This document shows, piece after piece, positions 23,399 through 32,000 of a stretch of DNA of 32,000 nucleotides. A program made the position numbers and the translations under genes. The stretch's first letter is position 1, and each line of letters begins with the position of its first letter. Location: the NCBI RefSeq assembly GCF_000025665.1, contig NC_013926.1:1140001-1172000 (forward strand), read 5' to 3'. The notes under the pieces are model-generated. The model was given only the letters and a program-made list of their open reading frames with translations. It was not told the DNA's origin and searched no databases. The stretch comes from Aciduliprofundum boonei T469. Lineage in GTDB: Archaea; Thermoplasmatota; Thermoplasmata; Thermoplasmatales; Aciduliprofundaceae.

Positions 23399-23518
23399 AG
23401 CCCCGTGGTGTAGTGGTCAAGCATCGGGGACTCTGGCGAAGCCCCTTTAAAAAGGTGCTTTATCCCCAAAGGGCTTCGGAGAGATCCCTGGACGGAGGTT
23501 CGAATCCTCCCGGGGCTG
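23399..23518 (+). tRNA. tRNA-Gln (anticodon CUG) with a 47-nt canonical (37/38) intron
   Basis: Acceptor AGCCCCG/CGGGGCT (A1-U72). Anticodon stem GGGGA/TCCCT, anticodon 23433-23435. T arm GGAGG-TTCGAAT-CCTCC. Intron 23437-23483 is flanked by a textbook helix-bulge-helix-bulge-helix: CUCU/GGAG central helix, bulges GG|c and ag|A, inner helix GAAGCCC/GGGCTTC. An oligo-T tract follows. Confidence 0.88.
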
Positions 23519-23615
23519 CTTTTTCAAATTTTATATAACCATGATACGCTCTTTCAATCAAGAAAGTTTATATCTATTACTGCGATTTCCCCTTGCCTAA
23601 AAAGAAGGTGATAAT

Positions 23616-24986
23616 ATGAATGCAAAAGAATATGTGGAAAATATAATAGAGAATGTGAAGGCAAAGAACCCTGCACAGCCTGAGTTTCACCAGGCAGTCA
23701 CTGAAGTGCTTCACACTTTGATACCTGTAATAGAGAAGAACCCTAAGTATATGAAGCACAAGATTCTAGAGAGAATAACAGAGCCAGAGCGTGTAATAAT
23801 GTTCCGTGTAACATGGGAGGATGACAATGGAGAGCTTCATGTAAATCGTGGTTACAGAATCGAGTTCAATGGAGCAATAGGCCCATACAAGGGTGGTTTG
23901 AGATTCCATCCAACTGTCACACTTGGAGTATTGAAGTTCTTAGGATTTGAACAAATATTCAAGAATGCCCTGACCGGCATACCTATGGGCGGAGCCAAGG
24001 GCGGTTCTGATTTCGATCCTCACGGTAAGAGCGACTCTGAGGTAAGACGCTTCTGCGAGAACTTTATGATGGAGCTATACAGACATATTGGACCAAATAC
24101 CGATGTCCCTGCTGGAGATATTGGTGTTGGTGGAAGGGAAATAGGTTATCTCTTTGGAGCATATAGAAAGATTGTAGACCGCTGGGAAGGAGTTCTCACT
24201 GGTAAGGGCTTGAACTGGGGCGGTTCATTGATAAGGCCTGAGGCAACTGGATATGGTGCCACATACTATCTAATTGAGATGCTCAAGAAGTTCAAGGGCA
24301 AGAAAGATTTGAAGGGCTATAATGTTGCAATCTCTGGCAGTGGTAATGTTGCCCAATTTGCCTCTAAGAAGGTTACTGAATTTGGCGGTAAAGTTGTCAC
24401 ACTCTCAGATTCTAAGGGAGCAATGTATCTACCAGATGGTATAAATGATGATATTTGGAACGCAGTTTATGAGACAAAAGCCATAAAGCATGGTCGCTTG
24501 CAGGAAGTCGCTGAGAAATTCGATTTACCATGGTTCCCTGGCAAGAAGGCTTGGGAAGTTGCAGCTAAGGAAGCAGGAGAGGTACATATTGCATTCCCGA
24601 GTGCAACCCAGAATGAAATAAATGCAGAGGATGCAAAGACATTAATTAATGCAGGGCTTATAGCTGTTGTAGAGGGTGCAAATATGCCAAGCACATTGGA
24701 CGCAATAAATCTCTACTTTGAGAATGATGTGCTCTTTGGACCTGCAAAAGCTGCCAATGCTGGTGGTGTGGCTGTAAGCGGTCTTGAGATGAGTCAGAAT
24801 GCACAGTTCACCTATTGGAGCGCAGAGGAAGTGGATCGCAAATTGCACGATATAATGGTAAACATCTTCAACACTGGTGTAAAGTATGCAGAGAAGTACG
24901 ACAAGCCCACAAACTTGCTATTGGGATCAAACATAGGTGGCTTTGTGAAAGTAGCAGATTCCATGATAGACCAGGGAATCTACTAA
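23616..24986 (+). CDS. gdhA: Glutamate dehydrogenase (hexameric GdhA family)
   Basis: 456 aa. Catalytic region GGAKGGSDFDPHGKS and dinucleotide fold ISGSGNVAQFA. AGAAGGTGAT SD upstream. Confidence 0.95.
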   Translation: MNAKEYVENIIENVKAKNPAQPEFHQAVTEVLHTLIPVIEKNPKYMKHKILERITEPERVIMFRVTWEDDNGELHVNRGYRIEFNGAIGPYKGGLRFHPTVTLGVLKFLGFEQIFKNALTGIPMGGAKGGSDFDPHGKSDSEVRRFCENFMMELYRHIGPNTDVPAGDIGVGGREIGYLFGAYRKIVDRWEGVLTGKGLNWGGSLIRPEATGYGATYYLIEMLKKFKGKKDLKGYNVAISGSGNVAQFASKKVTEFGGKVVTLSDSKGAMYLPDGINDDIWNAVYETKAIKHGRLQEVAEKFDLPWFPGKKAWEVAAKEAGEVHIAFPSATQNEINAEDAKTLINAGLIAVVEGANMPSTLDAINLYFENDVLFGPAKAANAGGVAVSGLEMSQNAQFTYWSAEEVDRKLHDIMVNIFNTGVKYAEKYDKPTNLLLGSNIGGFVKVADSMIDQGIY

Positions 24987-24990
24987 ACCC

Positions 24991-25020
24991 TCTATTTTTT
25001 ATTTTTAAAATAAAAAAATT
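24991..25020. terminator. AT-only near-palindrome giving oligo-T tracts on both strands (bidirectional terminator between convergent gdhA and TIP49)
   Basis: TCTATTTTTTATTTTTAAAATAAAAAAATT lies between the gdhA stop (24984-24986) and the TIP49 stop (25019-25021). Confidence 0.45.
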
Positions 25021-26365
25021 AGTCATAAATCATTTCTTCTTCCATCTTGCGCAGGTAGTTCACTGAGCGTTTTACATCTGCAAAGAGCTTGTATACTCTC
25101 TCTATGTGCTCTCTCTTTATCTCTTCCTTATTTGCAAGCTCCCACGCTGGAGCCAAGAGCTGTATTGCGTACCTCAAAGAAGCTTTCTGGCCTATCTCTA
25201 CAAGATATTCCATTGCATCTTTCTCTATTTTTATCCCTTCTTTTTTAGCTCTTGTCATTATGATCTCCTTCATATCCTCCGCATCGTATTTCTTCGTTGT
25301 TATGACCAATAATCTATCCAGCAGGTCCAGAGGCATACCAAACGGTGATTTTATATCAGTACCGCGTACAGTTGTTATTCCTCTATTGGTTGCGAATATG
25401 ATAATAGGAGAGAGCTCCTGCTCCATGGCCTTATTTAGAAAAGCGTATGTTTCTATATCTAACATTGAGCATTCATCAATGAACAGAACTCCTGGGATTA
25501 ATTCTGCTCTTCCATCTTCCACTAACCTCTTTACCTGTTCATCCACTCTTCTTCTGACATCCTCGCTTATCTCTTTTCTTTCAGAGGCACCAAATAGCAA
25601 AGATGCTAAATCCATTCCAGAGCGGGACTGCATCATGTCCAAATCGTTGAGAGTTAGGGTATAGACAAATTCTTTTTCTTTCAGCACGGAGCCATCTGGG
25701 ATATCCATAATCTTCTCAGAGGACAAATCGTAGCTTTTCTCCTCCACAGCATCTTTGGAAATGCCTATTTTCACTACTCTTCCACTATCTGCATCAATCT
25801 GAATAATATCGCCCTCTTCAATTCCCTGCTGCAATAACTGCATAGCAAAGCTTTGATCCATTTTTAGTTTTTTCTTCTCATTTTTTGTTTTAAGCGTAAT
25901 TGTTGCGGTTGCAGGAATCTTCTGATACGGATTGTAAGGATGCTGCATATACTCCACACTCAAACTCTCAACCTTTCCCTCATATATATTGCGCATTTCG
26001 TGAATTCTCACCCCTATCGCCTTACGCAATGTCTGAGTTAAGAATTCCGTCTTTTTCACCTCACTGCTATAAATCTCACTGCCAGCGATGTGCACGAAGG
26101 GTACATCCTCACCAAGCTCTTTTGCAATTCCTATGGCAAGGGCAGTTTTGCCACTTCCCGGAGGGCCTGCAATTAGAATGGCATTACCTGCAAATTTACC
26201 CTCTTTAATCATCTTGACAATTATACCCGCTGCCTCTCTTGCCTCTATCTGTCCTATCATACCATCCGCTTTTCTCAAAGCCCTGTAATTCTCATCAAGC
26301 CCCAGTCCAAGAATGTGAGAATGCGCAGATATTCTTTCCCACTCCCTCATCTCGGATATCTCCAT
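25019..26365 (-). CDS. TIP49 / RuvB-like AAA+ ATPase (archaeal homologue)
   Basis: HSHILGLGLDE...GQIEAREAAGIIVKMIKEGKFAGNAILIAGPPGSGKTALA (Walker A) and VLFIDECSMLD (Walker B), with an inserted domain II between them. ATG 26365 has GGTGA plus 5 nt upstream. The track's N-terminal 27 codons are an unlikely extension. Confidence 0.9.
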   Translation of the reverse strand: MEISEMREWERISAHSHILGLGLDENYRALRKADGMIGQIEAREAAGIIVKMIKEGKFAGNAILIAGPPGSGKTALAIGIAKELGEDVPFVHIAGSEIYSSEVKKTEFLTQTLRKAIGVRIHEMRNIYEGKVESLSVEYMQHPYNPYQKIPATATITLKTKNEKKKLKMDQSFAMQLLQQGIEEGDIIQIDADSGRVVKIGISKDAVEEKSYDLSSEKIMDIPDGSVLKEKEFVYTLTLNDLDMMQSRSGMDLASLLFGASERKEISEDVRRRVDEQVKRLVEDGRAELIPGVLFIDECSMLDIETYAFLNKAMEQELSPIIIFATNRGITTVRGTDIKSPFGMPLDLLDRLLVITTKKYDAEDMKEIIMTRAKKEGIKIEKDAMEYLVEIGQKASLRYAIQLLAPAWELANKEEIKREHIERVYKLFADVKRSVNYLRKMEEEMIYD

Positions 26366-26453
26366 TCCCATCACCTCAAAAATGAAAAAATATTCTTCTA
26401 TATAAAATTTTTCAATAGTAAAGTTAAATAAGAACATTTGCATCAAGGCTCAA

Positions 26454-27362
26454 ATGTCCCAAATATACGGTGAGATTGCAGCCTTATCGGCAGCTTTTAT
26501 GTGGAGCGTATCTTCTACCTTATTCACCAAGGTTGGGAAGAGAATCGGTCCTTTAAGTTTAAATGCTTTAAGAATAACAATCAGTGCATTTCTTTTTTCA
26601 GTTTCAAATTTTATTCTTTATGGAACATTTTTTCCAATAGTTAGTTATAACCAAATTGCTATACTATCCTTAAGCGGTATAATAGGGCTTGCCGTGGGCG
26701 ATTTAGCTTACTTCGGAGCTCTGGTGGAGATGGGTGCAAGAAAGGCAATATTAGTTTCCTCAATGGCTCCAATTTTTTCGTTGATTGGAGGCTATATTCT
26801 TTTACACGAGGTACCTACACATATAGCACTAATTGGAATACTATTAGTTTTATTGGGTATATGGATTGTAATTATCGAAAAAGAGGAAAGGAATGAGAAT
26901 AAAAAATTTAAAACTCATATCTTTAAAGGAACAATCTTTGGAACAATAGCTGCTATTGGACAGGGTATAGGCGTAGTGTTCTCGAAGTACGGGATGTTTT
27001 ATTCTTCCATCCCCCTCAATCCACTCTCAACCACAGTGATCAGAGTTTTTGCAGCTCTACCGGTTATATGGCTTACCCTTATTATATGGAAAAAACCCAA
27101 GCATATATTAAGCGGTTTGAAAGATAGATATGCACTAAAACTCTTGATTTTTGGATCTCTTATAGGACCATTCATAGGGCTTTGGCTCTCAATGATCGCA
27201 ATAAAGTATGCACAGGTAGGTATAGCATCCACTTTGCTCTCTACTACCCCCCTCATGGTTCTTCCTGTGGTTTATTTGATGGACAAAGAGAAAGTAAATC
27301 TTCGTGGCATATTTGGGGCACTTATGGCAGTGATAGGCGTAGCCTTAATCTTCTTATTTTGA
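26454..27362 (+). CDS. EamA/DMT-superfamily transporter (10 TM)
   Basis: 302 aa. Two repeated ~140-aa halves of five hydrophobic helices each, the typical EamA duplication. TTAAATAA box 22 nt before the ATG. Confidence 0.85.
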   Translation: MSQIYGEIAALSAAFMWSVSSTLFTKVGKRIGPLSLNALRITISAFLFSVSNFILYGTFFPIVSYNQIAILSLSGIIGLAVGDLAYFGALVEMGARKAILVSSMAPIFSLIGGYILLHEVPTHIALIGILLVLLGIWIVIIEKEERNENKKFKTHIFKGTIFGTIAAIGQGIGVVFSKYGMFYSSIPLNPLSTTVIRVFAALPVIWLTLIIWKKPKHILSGLKDRYALKLLIFGSLIGPFIGLWLSMIAIKYAQVGIASTLLSTTPLMVLPVVYLMDKEKVNLRGIFGALMAVIGVALIFLF

Positions 27363-28299
27363 GGGTAAGTTGCAACCCTACAGAAAAATAAAATAGGAGA
27401 GATAAATAAAGGATGAGCAGGAAATTAGAGTTATACAAGATTGTGAAGATAGGATTAAGAGCAATGAAGAGGGCGAAACTCCCGCTTTACTGGAGCAAGT
27501 ATTCTAGGAAGGACTACACTCTGCACCAGCACATAATGCTGATAGTGCTGGTGCAGTATGCAGGAAGCATAGAAAGAATGCTCCAGATTGTGCGAGAAAT
27601 GAGAAAGATAAAGAGGGTAATGAGATTGAAGAAAATCCCCCATAAAAGCACAATTTCAAGAGAGTTGAGAAGAATACCAGAACGATGGATTCGCATTGTG
27701 CTTAGAGAAATAGTGAAAATAATGGGAATACCCAATAAATTTGCAGTGGATTCCACAGGTATTCAAATTTATTACCGTTCATACTACTACACACAGCGAA
27801 TCGGAGAAGTAGGAAAAATAAGAGAAGGATTGAAATTGCATGCTGCTGTGGATATTGAGAGGAAGCTCATTACCAATGCAATAGTTACAAAATGGCACAC
27901 TAACGATTCACCGTACCTCATTCCTCTTTTGGAGGAAGAGAGAGTAAAAGAAGTGTATGCAGATAAGGGCTATGATTCTCTACGTAACATACGATTTGTT
28001 CTGAATAAAGGAGGAACTCCATACATAGCAATCCGTAATAAAGCAAGAAGAGGATTGCGAAGGAGATTGTTAGAAAAGAGCAAATCACCTGACTGGAAAA
28101 AGAAGTACTCGCATAGAAATGTAATTGAATCAGTCTTCCACTCTTTCAAAAGAGTTGTTGGAGATTACATATTTTCCCATTCTTTCTCTGGTGCTTCTAA
28201 ACTCCTGCTCTTCAAAGTTCTTGCCTATGATCTCTATGTCTAATCCTTCCTTATTTTTATTCTTCTTTTTTCATGTTTTTCGAGGAATTCAACTTAACC
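27363..28299 (+). mobile_element. IS5-family (ISH1-like) insertion sequence, 937 bp, with an 8-bp target-site duplication
   Basis: Terminal imperfect inverted repeats GGGTAAGTTGCAACCCT (27363-) and GGTTAAGTTGAATTCCT (reverse complement of -28299), 13/17 identical. Direct repeat TATTTTGA at 27355-27362 and 28300-28307. A single transposase ORF lies inside. Confidence 0.78.
27413..28243 (+). CDS. DDE transposase, IS5 family
   Basis: 276 aa. DDE residues in AVDSTG, ADKGYDS and NVIESVFHSFKR, with the exact Y-2-R-3-E-6-K signature (YSHRNVIESVFHSFK). Confidence 0.88.
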   Translation: MSRKLELYKIVKIGLRAMKRAKLPLYWSKYSRKDYTLHQHIMLIVLVQYAGSIERMLQIVREMRKIKRVMRLKKIPHKSTISRELRRIPERWIRIVLREIVKIMGIPNKFAVDSTGIQIYYRSYYYTQRIGEVGKIREGLKLHAAVDIERKLITNAIVTKWHTNDSPYLIPLLEEERVKEVYADKGYDSLRNIRFVLNKGGTPYIAIRNKARRGLRRRLLEKSKSPDWKKKYSHRNVIESVFHSFKRVVGDYIFSHSFSGASKLLLFKVLAYDLYV

Positions 28300-28342
28300 T
28301 ATTTTGAAATAAATTTTTATATCTTTATCTCTACACAAACTC

Positions 28343-31015
28343 GTGTTTGAGACATTACATCCCTCAATTCAAAAGGTACTGGAAGAAAAAGGCATATTCG
28401 AGCCAACCGAGCCACAGAGGGAGGTTATACCATATATTCTGGAGGGAAAGAATGTATTGCTTGTATCTCCCACTGGTAGTGGAAAAACGGAAGCAGCTAT
28501 GCTGCCCATATTTCACAAATTAGTGGATGGAAATTATGGGAAAATTGCGTGTATCTACATAACTCCTCTCCGGGCTTTGAATAGGGATTTATTGAAGAGA
28601 TTGGAAGATTTCGGAAAGAAATTGGGGTTGAGAATAGCGGTCAGGCATGGAGACACCACTGCTTATGAGAGAAGACAGCTCTCTTTACATCCCCCTGATG
28701 TTCTAATTACCACGCCAGAGACATTTCAAATAATGTTTTTAGGAAAGAGATTAAAAGAGAGCTTGAAAAGTGTGAAATTTGTTGTCATAGACGAGATTCA
28801 CGAGCTTGCCAGTGATGAGCGCGGTGCGCAGCTTGCAGTTGGGCTTGAGAGATTGAGAAAAATGACTCGTTTCCAGGTCATAGGGCTCTCGGCAAGTGTA
28901 GGAAACCCAGAGGAGATTGCAAAGTTCTTATCGCCTAATGAAAGTATTGAGATTGTGAAAGTAAAATTGAGAAAGAGGATAGATGTGAATATCAGGGCTC
29001 CGCAGAAGAAATACGAGAAAGAAGCTCAGATTATGGGGAGTGATGTTGATTATGCCTCTACCCTTATGGAAATGTGGGAAGAAATCAACAAAGCAAGAGC
29101 TACTCTAGTTTTCACAAATACAAGATGCACAGCGGAGGATATAGGCATGAGATACCGTCTCCTCTTTGCAAATCCGCCAATTGAAGTACATCACGGCTCT
29201 TTAAGCAGAAAGGTTAGAATTGAAGCTGAGGACAAATTTAAGAGGGGAGAGCTAAAAGCTCTCATATGCACATCCTCGTTAGAACTTGGAATAGATGTGG
29301 GTATCGTTGATTTTGTAATTCAATTCAACTCCCCCAGGCAAGTTACAAAACTCTTGCAGAGAATTGGGAGGGCAGGGCACAGGATTGATGAGGTTTCGAG
29401 AGGTACAATATTTGCCCACACACCAGTGGAGCTCTGGGAATCTGCATCCATACTATCCCTTCTGCACGAGGGAAGGATAGAGAGTGTAAAAATAAGAGAG
29501 AAGCCCTTGATGGTTCTTATTAATCAGCTCGTAGCCATGGCTAACTCTGAAGGAAAAATGAATGCAAGAGAAGCTTATGAAATTATAAAAAATGCATATC
29601 CATTTAGAAATTTGAGCTTTGAAGAGTTTGAGGATATTTTGAATTTTATGAAAGATATAGGAAAGGTTTGGTACGATGGCATAGCCTTTGGAAAAACAAG
29701 GGGAGGGAGAGAGTATTTTTATCAGAACATATCAATGATTCCAGATGAGAAATTGTACAAGGTTATAACACTTCATGGTGATTTTATAGGTACTTTGGAT
29801 GAGAGCTTTGTATCTACTCTCAATTATGGAGAGAGTTTTGTTATGAATGGCATGGCTTGGAGAATAGTGGATATAAGGGAGGATAAAGTGCTTGTTGAGT
29901 ACTTGCGAGATATAGCTATGCCCCCATCATGGGTGGGTGAAGAGATCCCTGTGCCATATCAAGTTGCATCTCACGAGCCAGATATGAAATATCTCAACTC
30001 TGCAGCTAAGAAAATCCTTGAAAACTGGAAAATGGATTGGAATGAAGGGAGAATAGTTATAGAGAATGGTAATGGCATAGTATTCATCGGTGTACGAGGT
30101 GGGAGCAAGGCGAATTATACACTCGCTTTGATCCTTTCATCTATTCTATCACAAAAAATAGGAGAGAGTGTGGAATTCTCAGTATCTCCATACCATATTG
30201 CTCTATTCAATCCCCATGTCAATGCTCCTTATATTAAAGAACTTTTGGAGAAATTGAGAAATGTAGAGGGCTTAGTGAGGCTTGTGGCCAAGAATTCCCG
30301 TTTATTCAACTACATATTTATGCATGTTGCAAAAAAGATGGGTGTGATAAAGAAAGGGGCAGATATGAAAAAGGTAAGAATTGAGAAAATCGTGGATGCT
30401 TACAAAGGTACACCCCTATACAAAGAAGTGCTAAACAAGATGAGCTTTGATTATATGGATGTTGAGGTTGTAAATTTAATATTAGAAAAGATAAGAGAGG
30501 GGAAGACGGAAATAATCGTTAGAGAGATGAGCGATAAAAGCAAGATACTTCTGGAGGAGCATGGAGATTTGGTGTCACCAATCATAGCCACAAGACCCAT
30601 TATAGAGGCCGTTCAGAAAAGATTATTGGAAGAGGATATGATTCTTGCCTGCCTATCTTGTGGAAAGAGCATACATATTAAAGTTAAGGATTTCAAAAAA
30701 CCGATTTGCCCGTTTTGTGGAAGCGTGCGAGTAACTCTTTTAAAGCCCTATGAAGAGGATAAGCTTAAAATTCTAAAAAAGAAGAAATTCACGAGAGAGG
30801 AGAAAAAAGAGTTAGATAGGATGATGGCAATTTCTCATCTTCTCAGAGTACATAAAAAAGCTGCAGCTTTAGCACTTGCAGGACGTGGCATAGGACTTAC
30901 AACTGCAGCCAGGATATTACAAGTACCTTACGAGAACGAGTTCGAGATCGCAAAAAGAGTACTCAAAGAAGAATTAAAATATGCGCAGAATAAACAATTT
31001 TGGGATTTAAGATAA
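28343..31015 (+). CDS. lhr: Lhr-type (large helicase-related) DEAD/DEAH-box ATP-dependent helicase
   Basis: 890 aa with a GTG start. PTEPQREVIPYILEGKNVLLVSPTGSGKTEAA (Q motif and motif I), VIDEIHEL (motif II), SAS, QRIGRAGHR (motif VI), a long Lhr-like C-terminal extension, and a CxxC...CxxC zinc ribbon (CLSCGK..CPFCGS). Confidence 0.9.
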   Translation: MFETLHPSIQKVLEEKGIFEPTEPQREVIPYILEGKNVLLVSPTGSGKTEAAMLPIFHKLVDGNYGKIACIYITPLRALNRDLLKRLEDFGKKLGLRIAVRHGDTTAYERRQLSLHPPDVLITTPETFQIMFLGKRLKESLKSVKFVVIDEIHELASDERGAQLAVGLERLRKMTRFQVIGLSASVGNPEEIAKFLSPNESIEIVKVKLRKRIDVNIRAPQKKYEKEAQIMGSDVDYASTLMEMWEEINKARATLVFTNTRCTAEDIGMRYRLLFANPPIEVHHGSLSRKVRIEAEDKFKRGELKALICTSSLELGIDVGIVDFVIQFNSPRQVTKLLQRIGRAGHRIDEVSRGTIFAHTPVELWESASILSLLHEGRIESVKIREKPLMVLINQLVAMANSEGKMNAREAYEIIKNAYPFRNLSFEEFEDILNFMKDIGKVWYDGIAFGKTRGGREYFYQNISMIPDEKLYKVITLHGDFIGTLDESFVSTLNYGESFVMNGMAWRIVDIREDKVLVEYLRDIAMPPSWVGEEIPVPYQVASHEPDMKYLNSAAKKILENWKMDWNEGRIVIENGNGIVFIGVRGGSKANYTLALILSSILSQKIGESVEFSVSPYHIALFNPHVNAPYIKELLEKLRNVEGLVRLVAKNSRLFNYIFMHVAKKMGVIKKGADMKKVRIEKIVDAYKGTPLYKEVLNKMSFDYMDVEVVNLILEKIREGKTEIIVREMSDKSKILLEEHGDLVSPIIATRPIIEAVQKRLLEEDMILACLSCGKSIHIKVKDFKKPICPFCGSVRVTLLKPYEEDKLKILKKKKFTREEKKELDRMMAISHLLRVHKKAAALALAGRGIGLTTAARILQVPYENEFEIAKRVLKEELKYAQNKQFWDLR

Positions 31016-31045
31016 AAGTTAATAATTCTTCGCCCATACCCCTTT

Positions 31046-32000
31046 ATGAATCCTGAGCCTGGAGATTATGTGGAAGTCAAGACGGATAAAGGAATATTTA
31101 AAGGAGTTTTAATGCCAAGAAATAAATTTAGTGATGAGGATATAATCATTCTCAAGCTTGATAATGGATATAATGTGGGCATTGCGCCTCTCGAGATAAA
31201 GGTTCTTAAGAAGGGTGAGAAGAAAAAAAGAGTTAAAAGAGAGATAAAAAGCAGAGAAGGATTACCAACAATATCCATAATAGGCACAGGGGGCACCATT
31301 GCGAGTTATGTGGATTATAGGACAGGTGCAGTACATCCAGCATTAACTGCGGAAGATTTAATATTCTCCGTGCCCGAAATTGAGGAAGAGTGCAATGTCC
31401 GTGCTGAGGTGCTTTTCAATATTTTAAGTGAGGATATGAAACCTGAGTATTGGATCAAATTGGCAAAGCATGTGAAAAAAGAATTGGATAACTCGGAAGG
31501 AGTGGTTATACCTCATGGTACAGATACAATGAGCTATTCAGCCTCTGCCTTATCCTTTATGTTTGAGAACCAAACAGGTCCTATTGTTTTCGTTGGAGCC
31601 CAAAGAAGTTCAGACAGGCCAAGCAGTGATGCGTATATGAATCTTCTCTCAGCCGTAAAGGTTGCCAAGAGCGATTTAGGCGAGGTTGCAGTTGTGATGC
31701 ATGCGACCACAAGCGATGATTACTGCCATATTCATAGAGCTACGAGAGTGAGAAAGATGCACACCTCAAGAAGAGATGCTTTTAAGAGCATAAACTCAAA
31801 ACCTTTGGGGGAAGTTAGGGGAAATGAGATAAAATTTTATGGAGAGTACAAGAGAAAAAGTGAAGAAAATGTACTCTTAGAGAAAATGGACGAAAAAGTT
31901 GCCCTTATTTACTACTATCCGGGATTAAGTGAGGATATGCTTGAAAGAATGCTTGAGGGCATGCATGGAGCAATTATCATCGGTACAGGATTGGGCCATG
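31046..32000 (+). CDS. gatD: Glutamyl-tRNA(Gln) amidotransferase subunit D; C-terminus lies outside the window
   Basis: Not in the ORF track because no stop occurs before the window end. ATG 31046 gives MNPEPGDYVEVKTDKGIFKGVLMP... (GatD N-terminal domain), then asparaginase-type motifs IIGTGGTIAS and HGTDTMSYSA. Confidence 0.9.
   Translation, partial: MNPEPGDYVEVKTDKGIFKGVLMPRNKFSDEDIIILKLDNGYNVGIAPLEIKVLKKGEKKKRVKREIKSREGLPTISIIGTGGTIASYVDYRTGAVHPALTAEDLIFSVPEIEEECNVRAEVLFNILSEDMKPEYWIKLAKHVKKELDNSEGVVIPHGTDTMSYSASALSFMFENQTGPIVFVGAQRSSDRPSSDAYMNLLSAVKVAKSDLGEVAVVMHATTSDDYCHIHRATRVRKMHTSRRDAFKSINSKPLGEVRGNEIKFYGEYKRKSEENVLLEKMDEKVALIYYYPGLSEDMLERMLEGMHGAIIIGTGLGH

Noticed and set aside
26366-26446. 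N-terminal 27-codon extension of the TIP49 ORF (MMQMFLFNFTIEKFYIEEYFFIFEV).
   Set aside because: The extension covers the divergent promoter region and contains the GGTGAT SD that serves ATG 26365. The F/I/Y-rich sequence is just translated AT-rich spacer.
1-32000. Scan for CRISPR arrays, rRNA genes and long tandem repeats.
   Set aside because: I saw no regularly spaced 25-40-nt direct repeats and no rRNA-like GC-rich conserved blocks. The only GC-rich noncoding islands are the three tRNAs, the att copies and the palindromes reported above.

Overview
AT-rich archaeal, euryarchaeote-type chromosomal segment. Archaeal markers visible in the sequence are GatD, a TIP49/RuvB-like ATPase, a bulge-helix-bulge tRNA intron, A/T-rich BRE/TATA boxes about 20-22 nt upstream of many start codons, and GGTGAT-type Shine-Dalgarno motifs before others. 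All functional calls come from reading motifs in the translated ORFs by eye, because no database search was possible. Housekeeping genes present: a receiver-domain protein, a polytopic membrane protein, a PUA/PAPS-reductase/ferredoxin fusion with a wHTH partner, a dUTPase-like protein, cobO, an SCP2 protein, an MscS channel, moaA, gdhA, TIP49, an EamA transporter, an Lhr helicase, gatD, and tRNA-Glu, tRNA-Asn and tRNA-Gln. Two mobile elements interrupt this backbone. (1) A ~13.3 kb integrative element sits in the 3' end of tRNA-Asn(GUU), bounded by a 14-bp GC-only direct repeat with an intact tyrosine integrase at the far end. It has no recognisable replication or virion genes. It carries a 1242-aa secreted papain-like protease / beta-helix / Fn3 protein with a PEF-CTERM-like anchor, two orphan P-loop ATPases, RHH and wHTH regulators, and decaying aRelBE-type toxin-antitoxin modules. 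(2) A 937-bp IS5/ISH1-type insertion sequence with an 8-bp target duplication lies exactly between the EamA stop codon and the lhr promoter. Other points worth a second look: a translationally linked RHH protein plus a minimal FtsZ/tubulin GTPase-domain-only protein; a repeat-rich hairpin just downstream of tRNA-Glu that shares sequence with the tRNA-Gln intron; and paired GC-rich palindromes next to attL. I saw no rRNA and no CRISPR array.
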